A stretch of 64,000 bases of DNA from Vicinamibacterales bacterium (lineage in GTDB: Bacteria; Acidobacteriota; Vicinamibacteria; Vicinamibacterales; UBA2999), in NCBI GenBank assembly GCA_050185275.1, contig JBFWZN010000005.1, forward strand, positions 131,344 through 195,343, read 5' to 3'. The position numbers were made by a program, and so were the translations under genes. Positions 9,890-20,220 of the stretch are shown here, in pieces. Below the pieces are notes generated by a model. It saw nothing but the letters and a program-made list of their open reading frames with translations, was not told the origin of the DNA and did no database searches. Each line of letters opens with the position of its first letter. Positions within the stretch are counted from its first letter, which is position 1.

Positions 9890-9962
9890 CGGCTGTGCGA
9901 CGCGCGAGGCCGGACGTCCCGTGGGGCGTCTGGCCCCGCCCGAAACGCACTAGAATCGGGGC

Positions 9963-10862
9963 GTGACGCGGCGCCAGCGAGCCACCATCTTCTTCGTCAC
10001 GCTCTGCGTCCTGCTGGTCGCGGCCGCGGTCTCCCTCAACATCGGCTGGATACTCATCAACGCCCGGCGCGTCACGCCGCTCGTCCTGGGCATCGTCCTC
10101 TTCGCGCTGATCATCGCGGGCCTGATCGTGTACACGGTCTTCCTGGTCCTCGAGATCCGGCGAAACGAGCAGCACGACAGCTTCATCAACGCGGTCACCC
10201 ACGAACTCAAGACGCCGCTCGCGTCGATTCGCCTGTACCTGGAGACCCTGCAGTCACGCGAGGTGGACGAGGCGCAGCGTCAGGCTTTCTACCGCATCAT
10301 GCTGGCCGACGCCGAGCGGCTCCACCATACGGTGGACCAGGTCCTCCGCGCCGGCGCCGTCGGGCAGCGCCGGAAGGTGACCGTCAAGGCCCCGGTGGAC
10401 ATCGGCCGGTTGACACGCGAGTGCGTGGATCTCGCCCTCGTGCGACACCACCTCACCGCTGACGCCATCGCATTCGAGTTCCAGGACGGCTCCCCCCTCA
10501 CCGTCGAGGGCGACGCGGAGGCCCTGCGCACCGTCATCGCGAACCTGCTCGACAACGCCGTGAAATACTCCACGGCACCGGTGCGCGTCGAGGTGGCCGT
10601 CCGTGCGCCCGCCCCCAACGCGGTCTGGGTACGGGTCCGGGATCGCGGCGTGGGCATCCCCCGAACGCAGCTCAAGCGCATCTTCAACCGCTTCTACCGC
10701 GTGCAGGCGAGGGGCCTCAAGCATGTGAAGGGCACGGGCCTCGGCCTGTATCTCGTGCGCTCGATTGCCCGCGCGCATGGCGGGCGCGTGTTCGCCCAGA
10801 GCGAAGGCGAGGGCCAGGGCGCCACGTTCACCCTGGAGCTGCCGCGAGGCGCAGGCTCGTGA
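9963..10862 (+). CDS. Sensor histidine kinase (two N-terminal TM helices, no obvious extracytoplasmic sensor domain)
   Basis: H-box FINAVTHELKTPLASI, N-box LLDNAVKYS and G-boxes DRGVGI / GTGLGLYLV. Confidence 0.85.
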   Translation: MTRRQRATIFFVTLCVLLVAAAVSLNIGWILINARRVTPLVLGIVLFALIIAGLIVYTVFLVLEIRRNEQHDSFINAVTHELKTPLASIRLYLETLQSREVDEAQRQAFYRIMLADAERLHHTVDQVLRAGAVGQRRKVTVKAPVDIGRLTRECVDLALVRHHLTADAIAFEFQDGSPLTVEGDAEALRTVIANLLDNAVKYSTAPVRVEVAVRAPAPNAVWVRVRDRGVGIPRTQLKRIFNRFYRVQARGLKHVKGTGLGLYLVRSIARAHGGRVFAQSEGEGQGATFTLELPRGAGS

Positions 10863-11617
10863 GCCGAATCCTCGTCGTGGACGACGAGCAGCACATCGCC
10901 GACGGCCTTCGGTTCAACCTGGAGGCGGAAGGGCACGAGGTGCTGATCGCGACACGGGCGGCCGACGCCATCACCCTGTTGATCGACACGGGTGAGGGCG
11001 TGGACCTGGTCGTCCTCGACGTGATGCTGCCCGATGGTGACGGCTTCACCGTGGCCACCACGCTCCGGGCCGCCGGCGTGTTCGTCCCGGTGCTCATGCT
11101 CACAGCCCGCGGGCGCCCCGAGGACGTGCTGAAGGGCTTCGAGGCGGGCGCGGACGACTATCTCTCCAAGCCCTTCGAGCTCAGCATCCTGCTCGCGAGG
11201 ATTCACGGCCTGCTGCGGCGCCGTCAGTGGAACGAGGCCGGCGCGCCCGACTCGGGCGGCGCCGGGGCCACGCCGGGCACCGGCGACCCGGTGCCCGACG
11301 TCTACACGTTTTCGGACCGTACGCTCGACTTCGGGGCCATGGAGCTCCACGCCCGGGGACGTTCGTTCAGGCTCACTCTCATGGAGTGCGGTCTGCTCCG
11401 GCACCTCGTACGCAACGCCGGGCGCGCCGTGTCCCGCCGGACGCTGCTCGAGGAGGTGTGGGGGCTGCACGAGGAGACCGACACCCGCGCCATCGACAAC
11501 TTCATCGTGCGGCTGCGCCGCTACATGGAGGAGTCGCCCTCCTCCCCGGAGTTCCTGCTCACCGTGCGGGGCGTCGGCTACAAGTTCGTGCCGGAGGGCG
11601 GGAAACAGGCGGTCTAA
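10859..11617 (+). CDS. OmpR/PhoB-family response regulator
   Basis: Receiver domain (ILVVDDE...LVVLDVMLPDGDG...KPF) plus a winged-helix C-terminus (TVRGVGYKF). It overlaps the kinase gene by a GTGA junction. Confidence 0.9.
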   Translation: MSRILVVDDEQHIADGLRFNLEAEGHEVLIATRAADAITLLIDTGEGVDLVVLDVMLPDGDGFTVATTLRAAGVFVPVLMLTARGRPEDVLKGFEAGADDYLSKPFELSILLARIHGLLRRRQWNEAGAPDSGGAGATPGTGDPVPDVYTFSDRTLDFGAMELHARGRSFRLTLMECGLLRHLVRNAGRAVSRRTLLEEVWGLHEETDTRAIDNFIVRLRRYMEESPSSPEFLLTVRGVGYKFVPEGGKQAV

Positions 11618-11620
11618 GAT

Positions 11621-12841
11621 GTGGACATGGCCGCCAGCGACACCATCGAAGCCCAGGGTCACCTGATCGACTCGGGGCTGCTCTCCGCGATCTTCGACAA
11701 GATCATCGAATTCAACGCCTCGTACGAGGTGCTCACGTTCGACATCGGCAGGACCAACGACGATGTCTCCCGCATCGAAATGCGGATCACCGCGTCCGAC
11801 GAGGCCGAACTCGCCGACATCCTGCAGCAGCTCACGACGTTCGGGGCACATCCGGTCCGGGAGGAAGACGCCCTGATCAAGCCGGCGGAGAAGGACCGCT
11901 GCGTGCCCGACGACTTCTACTCCACCACCAATCACCGCACGCACGTCCGGGTCGGTGGTCGCTGGGTGGAGGTCGAGCAGCAGCGGATGGACGCGGTGAT
12001 CGTGGTCACGGGCACACGGGCCACCTGCCGGAAGCTGCGGGACGTGAAGGCCGGTGAGCCGGTCGTGTGCGGCCATTCCGGCATCCGGGTGACGCCGGAG
12101 TTCCGCGAGCGCGACCGCCTCGGCTTCACGTTCATGAGCAACGACGTGTCGTCGGAGCGGCGGGTCGAGGGTAGCGTGGCGCGAATCGCCGACATGATGC
12201 GCGAAGTGCGCCAGGCGGGCGGCCGGATCGCCGTGGTCGCCGGACCCGTCGTCGTGCACACGGGCGGGGTCGAGCACTTCTCCGACCTCATTCGGGAGGG
12301 CTGGGTGGATGTCGTGCTGGCGGGGAATGCGCTGGCCGTGCACGACATCGAGTACGCACTGTCGGGCACCTCGCTCGGCATCGATCTCAAGAAGGGGGCG
12401 CCCGTCGAACAGGGGCACCGCAACCACATGGCTGCCATCAACGCGGTGAACCGCGCGGGAGGCATCCGCGAGGCCGTGGAGACCGGCGTGCTGCGATCGG
12501 GCGTCATGTACGAGTGCGTGAAGCACGGCGTGGCGTTCGTGCTGGCGGGCAGCATCAGGGACGACGGTCCCCTGCCGGACACGGTGATGGATCTGGTCCA
12601 GGCGCAGGAGCTTTACGCGAAGGCGCTCGCCGGCAACGTGCACCTGGTGCTCATGCTGTCGTCGATGCTGCACAGCATCGGCGTGGGCAACATGCTGCCG
12701 TCGTGGGTGCGTGTGGTGTGCGTGGACATCAACCCCGCGGTCGTCACCAAGCTCAGCGACCGTGGCTCCACGCAGACGGTAGGCGTGGTGACCGACGTGG
12801 GCCTGTTCCTGCATCGCCTGGCGGAGAGCCTTCGAGGCTGA
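11621..12841 (+). CDS. LOR/SDH-conserved-region protein (TIGR00300-like; ornithine cyclodeaminase / arginine dihydrolase-related)
   Basis: The N-terminus (AQGHLIDSGLLSAIFDKIIEFNASYEVLTFDIGRTNDD) and the overall 406-aa layout resemble TIGR00300-type proteins. This is recognised from memory only. Confidence 0.6.
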   Translation: MDMAASDTIEAQGHLIDSGLLSAIFDKIIEFNASYEVLTFDIGRTNDDVSRIEMRITASDEAELADILQQLTTFGAHPVREEDALIKPAEKDRCVPDDFYSTTNHRTHVRVGGRWVEVEQQRMDAVIVVTGTRATCRKLRDVKAGEPVVCGHSGIRVTPEFRERDRLGFTFMSNDVSSERRVEGSVARIADMMREVRQAGGRIAVVAGPVVVHTGGVEHFSDLIREGWVDVVLAGNALAVHDIEYALSGTSLGIDLKKGAPVEQGHRNHMAAINAVNRAGGIREAVETGVLRSGVMYECVKHGVAFVLAGSIRDDGPLPDTVMDLVQAQELYAKALAGNVHLVLMLSSMLHSIGVGNMLPSWVRVVCVDINPAVVTKLSDRGSTQTVGVVTDVGLFLHRLAESLRG

Positions 12842-12907
12842 TGAGGCATAAATAACTCATTCAATGGCACTTACGCGCGGATAAAGCCGTGCTATCCTGA
12901 TTCGACC

Positions 12908-13783
12908 ATGGGCATGCGCATCCTGCTCTTCCTCGCGACCAACCTCGCCATCATCGTCACGCTCTCGGTCGTGATGAGCGTGCTCGGCATCGGCGGCTAC
13001 GTCGGGCCGGGCGGCCTCGACTACCAGGCCCTGGCGGTCTTCTGCCTGATCTGGGGCATGGGCGGCTCCTTCATTTCGTTGCAGATGTCCCGCTGGATCG
13101 CCAAACGCGCCACCGGGGTTCGTCTGGTGGACGGACGTTCCGGACAGGCCGAACTCGACTGGCTGTACGAGACCGTCTCGCGACTGACGAAACAGGCCAA
13201 TCTGCCGATGCCGGAAGTGGGTATCTACGATTCCCCTGAGGTGAATGCGTTCGCGACCGGACCGAGCAAGAGCCGGAGCCTGGTGGCGGTGTCGGCGGGG
13301 CTGCTGCGGGGCATGCGGCGGGAGGAAGTCGAGGGGGTCCTCGCTCACGAGGTCGCGCACATCGCCAACGGCGACATGGTGACGATGACCCTGCTCCAGG
13401 GCGTGATCAACGCGTTCGTGATGTTCATCGCGCGCGTCATCGCGTTTGGCATCCGCCAGACGAGCGACTCCCGCAACTCGTACATGTTCAGCTACATCGT
13501 CATGATCGCGCTGGAGATCGGCCTGGGCATCCTGGGCTCCATGATCACGGCGTGGTTCTCACGGCACCGCGAGTTCCGCGCGGACCGCGGAGGCGCCCAG
13601 CTGGCGGGTCGGGAACACATGCTGGCCGCGCTGAGGCGTCTGGCGTCGAACCGTCAGCTCGTCGACACGCGGCACGAGGCCCTGGCGACGTTCAAGATTG
13701 CGGGCGCCGGCAAATGGGGCGCCTTCTTCTCGACCCATCCCCCGCTCGAAGCGCGGATCGCCGCGCTCGAGAACTTCCGCTAG
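12908..13783 (+). CDS. htpX: Membrane zinc protease HtpX (M48)
   Basis: Contains HEVAHIANGD (HExxH), four TM segments and the C-terminal STHPPLEARI. Confidence 0.9.
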   Translation: MGMRILLFLATNLAIIVTLSVVMSVLGIGGYVGPGGLDYQALAVFCLIWGMGGSFISLQMSRWIAKRATGVRLVDGRSGQAELDWLYETVSRLTKQANLPMPEVGIYDSPEVNAFATGPSKSRSLVAVSAGLLRGMRREEVEGVLAHEVAHIANGDMVTMTLLQGVINAFVMFIARVIAFGIRQTSDSRNSYMFSYIVMIALEIGLGILGSMITAWFSRHREFRADRGGAQLAGREHMLAALRRLASNRQLVDTRHEALATFKIAGAGKWGAFFSTHPPLEARIAALENFR

Positions 13784-13788
13784 TCCGC

Positions 13789-13819
13789 GGACGCAGCGGG
13801 CGCAGACGCGCCCGCGTCC
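13789..13819. terminator. GC-rich hairpin between convergent htpX and the HTH gene
   Basis: The stem is gcgggcgc-agac-gcgcccgc, extended by ggac/gtcc. There is no U-tract. Confidence 0.3.
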
Positions 13820-13846
13820 GTCACCACCACCCCGGCGCGCAACGCC

Positions 13847-14638
13847 TCAGGCCTCGGGGCGAATCTCGTCGGCCCGGTCCGTCGTCCGCCGCCGCAGCGA
13901 GGGCACATGGCTCGCTGGGGTGGCCGGGTCCTGGCGCCTGGATGAGCGCGGCGTGGACACGGCCCGGGTGCGCCGCACGGGAAGGGCGTCGGGCTCGGGC
14001 AGATGGAGCGGCAGTTCGGCGGTGGACACGGCACTGGTCCCGAGCTCGGGAGCCAGCGCCGCCGGCTGTACCCCCGACCGCTTGCTGAACGCGTCGTTCA
14101 CACCCCATGCGAGGGCCGCCAGGGCGGTCACGCACCAGAACCCGATGGCACCCGCGGCAAAGAAGCCCAGCACCCCGAGCGCGAGCGGAAACCCGAGCGG
14201 CATCAGCAGCATCGACAGCTGGGTCGAGGCCACCGCCACCCGGGGCTGTTCGCCGAGCTGCAGCCTGAGCACCGGCTCGACCTCCTCACCGGATGCGGGA
14301 GGCGTCACGCCAGCCGTCACCGACGGCTCGGGTGTCTCGAGCGACTCCGCCGGTCGCGCCACCTCGCGCTCCGGGCGCCTGGCGGGCGACTCCTCGTCGA
14401 ACAGGTGGGAGAAGTGGCGCATGGCGTAGTCGACGTCGAGACCCACCGCGCTCGCGTAGGCGCGCATGAACGCCCGCCGGTAGATGCCGGTCGGCCACCG
14501 GGTCAGGTCGCCCCGTTCCAGGCCCTCGAGCAGAGCGCCCGTGATCTTCGTCCTGTGGGCCACGGTCGCGATCGTCATCTGACGACGCTCGCGCTCGCGG
14601 GTCAGCCACGCACCGAATTCAACTGGGGTCATCGTCAC
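13847..14638 (-). CDS. RodZ-like helix-turn-helix (HTH_25/XRE-type) membrane protein
   Basis: The N-terminus FGAWLTRERERRQMTIATVAHRTKITGALLEGLERGDLTRWP is an HTH. A hydrophobic segment lies near the middle or C-terminus. Confidence 0.6.
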   Translation of the reverse strand: MTMTPVEFGAWLTRERERRQMTIATVAHRTKITGALLEGLERGDLTRWPTGIYRRAFMRAYASAVGLDVDYAMRHFSHLFDEESPARRPEREVARPAESLETPEPSVTAGVTPPASGEEVEPVLRLQLGEQPRVAVASTQLSMLLMPLGFPLALGVLGFFAAGAIGFWCVTALAALAWGVNDAFSKRSGVQPAALAPELGTSAVSTAELPLHLPEPDALPVRRTRAVSTPRSSRRQDPATPASHVPSLRRRTTDRADEIRPEA

Positions 14639-14826
14639 GACTCGTCCCGGCGCAGCTCGGCCAGGCGCCGGTTGCTGACCACCCCGAGATCGGCGGGGCG
14701 GCCGTTGTGGGCATGCCTGGAGCGCACCCGCGCCGCCTGCGCCAGGGCCCCGAGCGCGACCAGACTGAGCCCGACGAGCAGCAAGACGCTCATCGTGATC
14801 CTCCTGTGGCGGGGCGCCCCGGACAT
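14635..14826 (-). CDS. Small single-TM protein (hypothetical), ATGA-coupled to the RodZ-like gene
   Basis: Contains MSVLLLVGLSLVALGALAQA. There is a 4-bp stop/start overlap at 14635-14638. The start is uncertain (14826 or 14793). Confidence 0.3.
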   Translation of the reverse strand: MSGAPRHRRITMSVLLLVGLSLVALGALAQAARVRSRHAHNGRPADLGVVSNRRLAELRRDES

Positions 14827-14856
14827 TCGGCCGGACGGGTTAAGCTCTCAGACGAC

Positions 14857-15705
14857 ATGTATCGAACTCTCATCACGCCGGACCAACTCGTCCCCCACCT
14901 CGGTGGCGCCTGGACGATCATCGACTGCCGATTCGACCTGGGTGCGGAGCAAGCGGGACACCAGTCCTACAGGACCAGCCACGTGCCCGGCGCGGTATAC
15001 GCGAGCCTGTCTCCCGACCTCTCGGGCGGGATGACAGGTACGAACGGACGCCATCCTATCCCAACACCGGACCAGATGCGGCAAGCGTTTGCGCGTCTGG
15101 GCATTTCGAGCGGTCGTCAGGTGGTGGCATACGACCAGGATGCGGGCGCATACGCGGCACGCCTGTGGTGGATGCTCACCTATATGGGCCACGACGCGGT
15201 GGCGGTGCTCGATGGCGGGTGGGCGCGCTGGACGGCCGAGGGGCATCCGGTGGAGACCGGCGACGTGCTCCCGCAGCCGGGAAGCTTCGTGGGAGAGCCG
15301 CGAACGGAGATGCTCGTCGGCGTCGATGAGGTCGTTCCGCTGCAGACCTCGGGTTGCCTCCTCGTCGATGCCCGGGCCGCGGAGCGGTTCGAGGGCCGTA
15401 CCGAGCCACTCGACCGGGTGGCCGGACACATCCCGGGCGCGGTCAATCACCCCTATCGTGAAAACGTCACCGACGCGGGCACCATGCGCGACGAGCGCGC
15501 GATGCGGCGGTCGTGGGAGGCGACGCTCGCCGGGCGCGTGCCCTCCCAGGTCGTCATGTACTGCGGGTCGGGGGTGACGGCGTGCCACAACCTGCTGGCG
15601 ATGGCCCACGCGGGGCTTCCAGGGGGACGGCTGTACGCCGGGTCCTGGTCCGAATGGAGCAGCGACCCATCGAGGCCGGTCGAAACAGGGCCGGCGAAAG
15701 CCTGA
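14857..15705 (+). CDS. sseA: 3-mercaptopyruvate sulfurtransferase (tandem rhodanese)
   Basis: Two rhodanese domains with the active-site loop YCGSGVTACH (CG[ST]GVTA is the MST type). Trimmed to ATG 14857. Confidence 0.8.
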   Translation: MYRTLITPDQLVPHLGGAWTIIDCRFDLGAEQAGHQSYRTSHVPGAVYASLSPDLSGGMTGTNGRHPIPTPDQMRQAFARLGISSGRQVVAYDQDAGAYAARLWWMLTYMGHDAVAVLDGGWARWTAEGHPVETGDVLPQPGSFVGEPRTEMLVGVDEVVPLQTSGCLLVDARAAERFEGRTEPLDRVAGHIPGAVNHPYRENVTDAGTMRDERAMRRSWEATLAGRVPSQVVMYCGSGVTACHNLLAMAHAGLPGGRLYAGSWSEWSSDPSRPVETGPAKA

Positions 15706-15716
15706 CGTCGGCGGGA

Positions 15717-16154
15717 TCAGGCCGACTCGAGCGCGGGTGCGACGGTAATCTCGAGGCCCTGTTCGTTGGGCGCAGAGAACTGCTGGTGCACCTTGAGCCT
15801 CGAGTGCGACACCACTACGAGGGTGTCGTTGCTGGCATCGGGGTCCGGCATCAGGCGAAGCTTGGCCGTGTCGGATGCCGTGGACAGCTGCAGGGCCGCA
15901 TCGCGCGTCACGAACCCGATGATGAGCACGTCCCCGTCCGAGAGCTTGTGCATCTCGAAGCAGCGGAAGCGTCGGTCTGAAAACAGGGGCGCATTCGGCG
16001 TGGCCGGGGCGTAGGTGAAGCCGTAGACGCCGGTGGGGAGCCTGTCGATGCCGGTCCCCTCTTCCGCGGCCGTGACGAGGCGGACACGGTGCGCCTCGCG
16101 CAGCTGGCCCTGCTCGGCGGTGGTGGCGATGTTCGCGTAGGTAACCCTGCTCAT
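15717..16154 (-). CDS. Hypothetical protein (145 aa), no motif recognised
   Basis: A clean ORF with GC-rich third positions, filling an otherwise empty gap. I recognise no family. Confidence 0.45.
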   Translation of the reverse strand: MSRVTYANIATTAEQGQLREAHRVRLVTAAEEGTGIDRLPTGVYGFTYAPATPNAPLFSDRRFRCFEMHKLSDGDVLIIGFVTRDAALQLSTASDTAKLRLMPDPDASNDTLVVVSHSRLKVHQQFSAPNEQGLEITVAPALESA

Positions 16155-16271
16155 GACCGGGGAATTATACCGCCGGGCCCTGTTGCTCGCAGCGCCCTGG
16201 GACCAGAACGCCTTGTCCCCCGCGGCAGGAGCAATGCCGCAGGCAGATGCACCGCCGGCCGAAGGCCGACC

Positions 16272-16922
16272 TCATCCATGAGATGGGTCCTCGAGCGACA
16301 CACCAACCGGGCAGGACACCCCGGTGCCACCCAACCCGCAGTAGCCGGCAGGATTCTTGGCCAGATACTGCTGGTGGTACTCCTCCGCATAGTAGAAGGG
16401 AGGGGCCGGGCCGATTTCGGTCGTGATCGGGCCATAGCCGGCTTCGGCCAGACGGGCCGCGAACGCCGCGCGGGACGTCAGCGCCTGCGTCAGTTGGGCA
16501 TCCGAGGTGCAGTAGATCGCCGAGCGGTACTGGGTGCCCACGTCGTTGCCCTGTTGCATGCCCTGCGTGGGGTCGTGGCCCTCCCAGAACACGCGCAGCA
16601 GGGCGTCCCAGGACACGGCCGCCGGGTCGAAAGCCACCAGCACCACCTCGGTGTGTCCGGTCATGCCGGAACAGACCTCGCGATACGTGGGGTTCGGGGT
16701 CAGACCACCCGCATATCCCACGGCGGTGGTATAGACGCCGGGCAGGCGCCAGAACAGTCGCTCGGCTCCCCAGAAGCAGCCCATCCCGAACAGCGCCACC
16801 TCGTGGCCGGAAGGAAACGGCGGCTGCAGCCTCGTTCCGTTCACCGCGTGTGCCGCGGGCACTGGCATCGAGTCGTCGCGCCCGGGCAGCGCCTGATCCG
16901 CGGTCGGCAGCCTCAGCTTCAT
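16272..16922 (-). CDS. msrA: Peptide-methionine (S)-S-oxide reductase
   Basis: GMGCFWGAE active site plus an E. coli-like N-terminal ALPGR..MPV..HAVNG. The ORF 16272..17363 was trimmed to Met MKLRLP. Confidence 0.9.
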   Translation of the reverse strand: MKLRLPTADQALPGRDDSMPVPAAHAVNGTRLQPPFPSGHEVALFGMGCFWGAERLFWRLPGVYTTAVGYAGGLTPNPTYREVCSGMTGHTEVVLVAFDPAAVSWDALLRVFWEGHDPTQGMQQGNDVGTQYRSAIYCTSDAQLTQALTSRAAFAARLAEAGYGPITTEIGPAPPFYYAEEYHQQYLAKNPAGYCGLGGTGVSCPVGVSLEDPSHG

Positions 16923-16979
16923 GGGAACCTCCAGGCAGCGCCACTGCAGGCAGTGCCATATGATCGCCAGCACGGCGAG

Positions 16980-17918
16980 ATGTCCGACCCGCGCACCGTC
17001 GTCCACTTCATCACGCACCGGGCCGACGCCGGCAAGCGGCTCGACCTGCTGGTGCTGAGCCGGGCGGGCGATCTCTTCGGCTCGTCCCGCAGACGGGTTC
17101 AGCTGTGGATCCAGGACGGCCACGTCCGGATGAACGGCCGGACGGTGCGGCGGCCCGCCTCGCCCGCCATGCCGGATAGCGTGGTCGAGATCGACCGCCC
17201 CGTCGAGGCGGCTGCACGACAGCGCCCCTCGGCCGAGGCATTCGACCTGTCCATTGTGTACGAAGACCACCGCCTGCTGGCCCTCAATAAGGCCGCGGGC
17301 ACGGTCGTGCACCCGTCGTACCGGAACCGTTCCGGGACACTGCTCAACGGCGTGCTCTGGCATCTGCGCGACCGACCCGCCGCTCGGCCCGGCATCCTCA
17401 CACGGCTCGATCGCGGGACGTCGGGTCTCGTGCTCGTGGCGCTCGGAGGCGACGTGCAGCGCCAGTTGCAGGGCGACGGCGCGATCGCCAAGGAATACCT
17501 GGTGCTGGTACGGGGCCGGCCACCGCGCGAGGCGGGCGTGCTCAGCGCTCCGCTGGGGCGGGACGCGGACGACCGGCGGCGCGTGGTCGTGCGCGACGAC
17601 GGCGCGCCCAGCCGCACGCGGTACGAGGTGCTTGGAACCGGCGACGACGTGTCACTGCTGCGGTGCGAGCTGCTGACCGGACGGACACATCAGATTCGCG
17701 TCCACATGGCCGCGGCGGGATGGCCGGTGGTCGGGGATGCGGCCTACGGAGTGCCGCATCCCCTGCTCGAGCACCAGGCGCTGCACGCCTGGCGGGTGAC
17801 GGTGACGCATCCAGCCTGGTCAGCGCCCCTGCGCCTGGAAGCGCGGCTTCCAGACGACTTCCGCCGGGCGCTGGAGCAGTCGTGCCCAGGCGCGCGGCAC
17901 CTGCCGCTCAGAACGTGA
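16980..17918 (+). CDS. RluA/RluD-family 23S rRNA pseudouridine synthase
   Basis: S4-like N-terminus, then [27 protein letters not shown] and [10 protein letters not shown]. The 609-aa ORF was trimmed to ATG 16980. Confidence 0.85.
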   Translation: MSDPRTVVHFITHRADAGKRLDLLVLSRAGDLFGSSRRRVQLWIQDGHVRMNGRTVRRPASPAMPDSVVEIDRPVEAAARQRPSAEAFDLSIVYEDHRLLALNKAAGTVVHPSYRNRSGTLLNGVLWHLRDRPAARPGILTRLDRGTSGLVLVALGGDVQRQLQGDGAIAKEYLVLVRGRPPREAGVLSAPLGRDADDRRRVVVRDDGAPSRTRYEVLGTGDDVSLLRCELLTGRTHQIRVHMAAAGWPVVGDAAYGVPHPLLEHQALHAWRVTVTHPAWSAPLRLEARLPDDFRRALEQSCPGARHLPLRT

Positions 17919-20157
17919 CGTTGTAGAGGACCCGCACGTTGCGGCCCATCTCGGGTACGACGTCCTTGATGAGCGAGAGATGATTCCGGTAGAGCGCGTC
18001 GGTCACGTTGTCCATCCGGACCGTGAACGTGCTGACGGCGGCGCCCGTCTGGAGGGAGTACGCCGCGTAGAGCCGCAGTAATCCGTAGCGGGCGTTCGGC
18101 GTTTCCTCCCGAAACACCCGCTCCTGCGCCGCCGCCGCCACAACCTCCCCGCCCGCCTGGAACGCGTTGGCCTGGTAGCGGAGGCCGCCTCGAAACCTGA
18201 GCGGCGGAATGCGCGGCAGGGCCTCGCCCGTCGTCGAGAGGGTCCCGTGCACGTAGTCGAGCCCGGCTTCCGCGGTGAGGCGAGGATGGATCTGCACGTC
18301 GGCATGCGCTTCCACGCCCTGGAGCAGACTGTCGGCCGCCACGTACTCGACGATCGGCAGCTCGTCCTCGCCGTGCGCGTGTGCCTCCTCGTCGCCGTGA
18401 CGACCGGGGAACCTGGCGTCGAACTCCTCCTCACGCGCCAGGAAGGCGTCTTCGCTCAGAGGGCTCCGGAAGATGTAGTCGGCGATGTCGTTGCGGAAGT
18501 ACGTCACCTCGCCGGAGACGCGTGCGGTGCGCCAGCGAAGCGACAGGTCCACGCCCGTGGCGCGTTCGGGTCCGATCCCCGGGTTGCCGATCTCGAAGGC
18601 GAAGTTGCCGTGATGGTTCCCGAAGAAGAAGAGCTCCTCGAGGGCCGGGTTGCGGGACGAACGCGCCACGCTCAGCGCCAGCGTGAGCCGATCATCGGCC
18701 GCAGCCGGGCGCACCAGCAGACCGAGGGAGCCGGACCCGGACGTGAAGGTCCTCGATGTCTCCCCGGCAGGGGCGTACGCCACGTGATCGACCCGTCCGC
18801 CGAACTGCGCGGTCACGTGGGGCCACTGGACCTCCTCGTAGAAGAACGCGGCCAGCCCGTTCTGATCCACGGCGGGTGACAGAGCTTCCGCACCCTGGGC
18901 GTCGAAGCTGCGCCGCAGGATCCAGGCGCCGAGGCTGCCCTTCATCCGCCCGATGGCCCGGTGCGATCCCATCAACTCGACGTCGGTCGTCCGATTGATG
19001 AACGCGGTGCCCACGTCGGCACCCTCCAGTTCCTCGTGCCGGTAGCGCCGAATCGCGAGCGTGGTCCTGTAGGCCTCGAACATCCCGGAGAGCCCCTCGC
19101 CGCCGGCACGGAAGGACACGGCGTGACGACGAGGCGTGAGCTGCAGCTGGCCATCGTCCACGACGGGAATGCCGTACCTGGTGTCGTCGTAGCCGTAGCT
19201 GCCACCGACGTAGCGCCGGTCACCTGTCCACGACAAGCCGACATTGCCGAAGCCGCTCCGCGACTGTGAGTTCACCACGGCTCCGAGTGGCGTGCCGACA
19301 TCTCCCGATCGCCGGCCGCCACCGCCCACGTGCAGGGCGAACGTGCCGTTGCCGACGTGGACATCGCCCGCGCTGCCGGCCTCGGTCGCCGCCGACCCCA
19401 GGTCGAAGGTGACGTTCCCACTGGCGCCGGTGGTGGGCCGGGTGGGAATCTGATCCGTGATCACGTTGACCAGGCCACCGATCGCATTGGCGCCGTACAG
19501 GAGCGTGGCCGGGCCGCGCACGACCTCGATGCGCTGGGCCGAGGCCGGATTGACCGTGACGCCGTGGTCCCCTGACTGGCTCGACAGGTCGCCCATTCGC
19601 TGGCCGTCCTGCAGGATGAGCACGCGGTCGCCGTCGAGGCCCCGGATCACCGGACGCGACGAGGCTGGGCCGAAACTCCGGGCGGTCACCCCCGGCTGAC
19701 GCTCGAGCGTTGCGCCGAGCGACATCTCGAGCTGCTTGGAGAGCTCCTGCCCCGCGAGCACCGAGGTGGGCTGAAACGAGTCGAACTGACTCCGGGCCTC
19801 CGGGCCCACCGAGAGCACCTCCTCGAAGTGCAGCTCGGGATCGACGGGGACCACGAGCCCCGCCTGTCCGGGGCCGGCGGCGACCTCCGTGCGCCGAGAC
19901 GAATATCCGTCGGCACGCACGCTGAGGTGATAGGTCCCTGGGGGCACGGCGTCGAACGAGAAGGAGCCGTCGGCGGCCGAGACCACCTCACGGCGCAACT
20001 CTTCGAGGGTCACCGTGGCTCCCGGCACGGGGTCTCCCGACAGGGAATTGATCAACTGTCCCCCCAGCATGTCGCCGGTCTGCGCCGAGGCCCCGGTCAC
20101 ATGGACCAACAGCGCGAGCGCGACGGCGCATGCCGACAGCGGCATTCGAAACATCAT
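17908..20157 (-). CDS. TonB-dependent receptor with N-terminal CarboxypepD_reg-like domain
   Basis: Signal peptide MMFRMPLSACAVALALLVHVTGASAQ, plug motifs (IEVVRGPATLLYGANAIGGLVNV) and a C-terminal ...LYNVTF. It carries a His/acidic insert, RHGDEEAHAHGEDE. Confidence 0.85.
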   Translation of the reverse strand: MMFRMPLSACAVALALLVHVTGASAQTGDMLGGQLINSLSGDPVPGATVTLEELRREVVSAADGSFSFDAVPPGTYHLSVRADGYSSRRTEVAAGPGQAGLVVPVDPELHFEEVLSVGPEARSQFDSFQPTSVLAGQELSKQLEMSLGATLERQPGVTARSFGPASSRPVIRGLDGDRVLILQDGQRMGDLSSQSGDHGVTVNPASAQRIEVVRGPATLLYGANAIGGLVNVITDQIPTRPTTGASGNVTFDLGSAATEAGSAGDVHVGNGTFALHVGGGGRRSGDVGTPLGAVVNSQSRSGFGNVGLSWTGDRRYVGGSYGYDDTRYGIPVVDDGQLQLTPRRHAVSFRAGGEGLSGMFEAYRTTLAIRRYRHEELEGADVGTAFINRTTDVELMGSHRAIGRMKGSLGAWILRRSFDAQGAEALSPAVDQNGLAAFFYEEVQWPHVTAQFGGRVDHVAYAPAGETSRTFTSGSGSLGLLVRPAAADDRLTLALSVARSSRNPALEELFFFGNHHGNFAFEIGNPGIGPERATGVDLSLRWRTARVSGEVTYFRNDIADYIFRSPLSEDAFLAREEEFDARFPGRHGDEEAHAHGEDELPIVEYVAADSLLQGVEAHADVQIHPRLTAEAGLDYVHGTLSTTGEALPRIPPLRFRGGLRYQANAFQAGGEVVAAAAQERVFREETPNARYGLLRLYAAYSLQTGAAVSTFTVRMDNVTDALYRNHLSLIKDVVPEMGRNVRVLYNVTF

Positions 20158-20220
20158 GTCCTCTCCAGAAACAACGGGAAACGAACGGCGGCGCCCGCGT
20201 GACAGCGGCACCGTCGCAGC

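Noticed and set aside
16089-17363. N-terminal extensions in the track for the pseudouridine synthase (609 aa from 16089) and MsrA (363 aa from 17363). These would make the two divergent genes overlap by more than 1 kb.
   Set aside because: The family-conserved sequence begins at internal Met codons (16980 and 16922). The extensions are antisense to each other's coding regions and Arg/Gly-rich.
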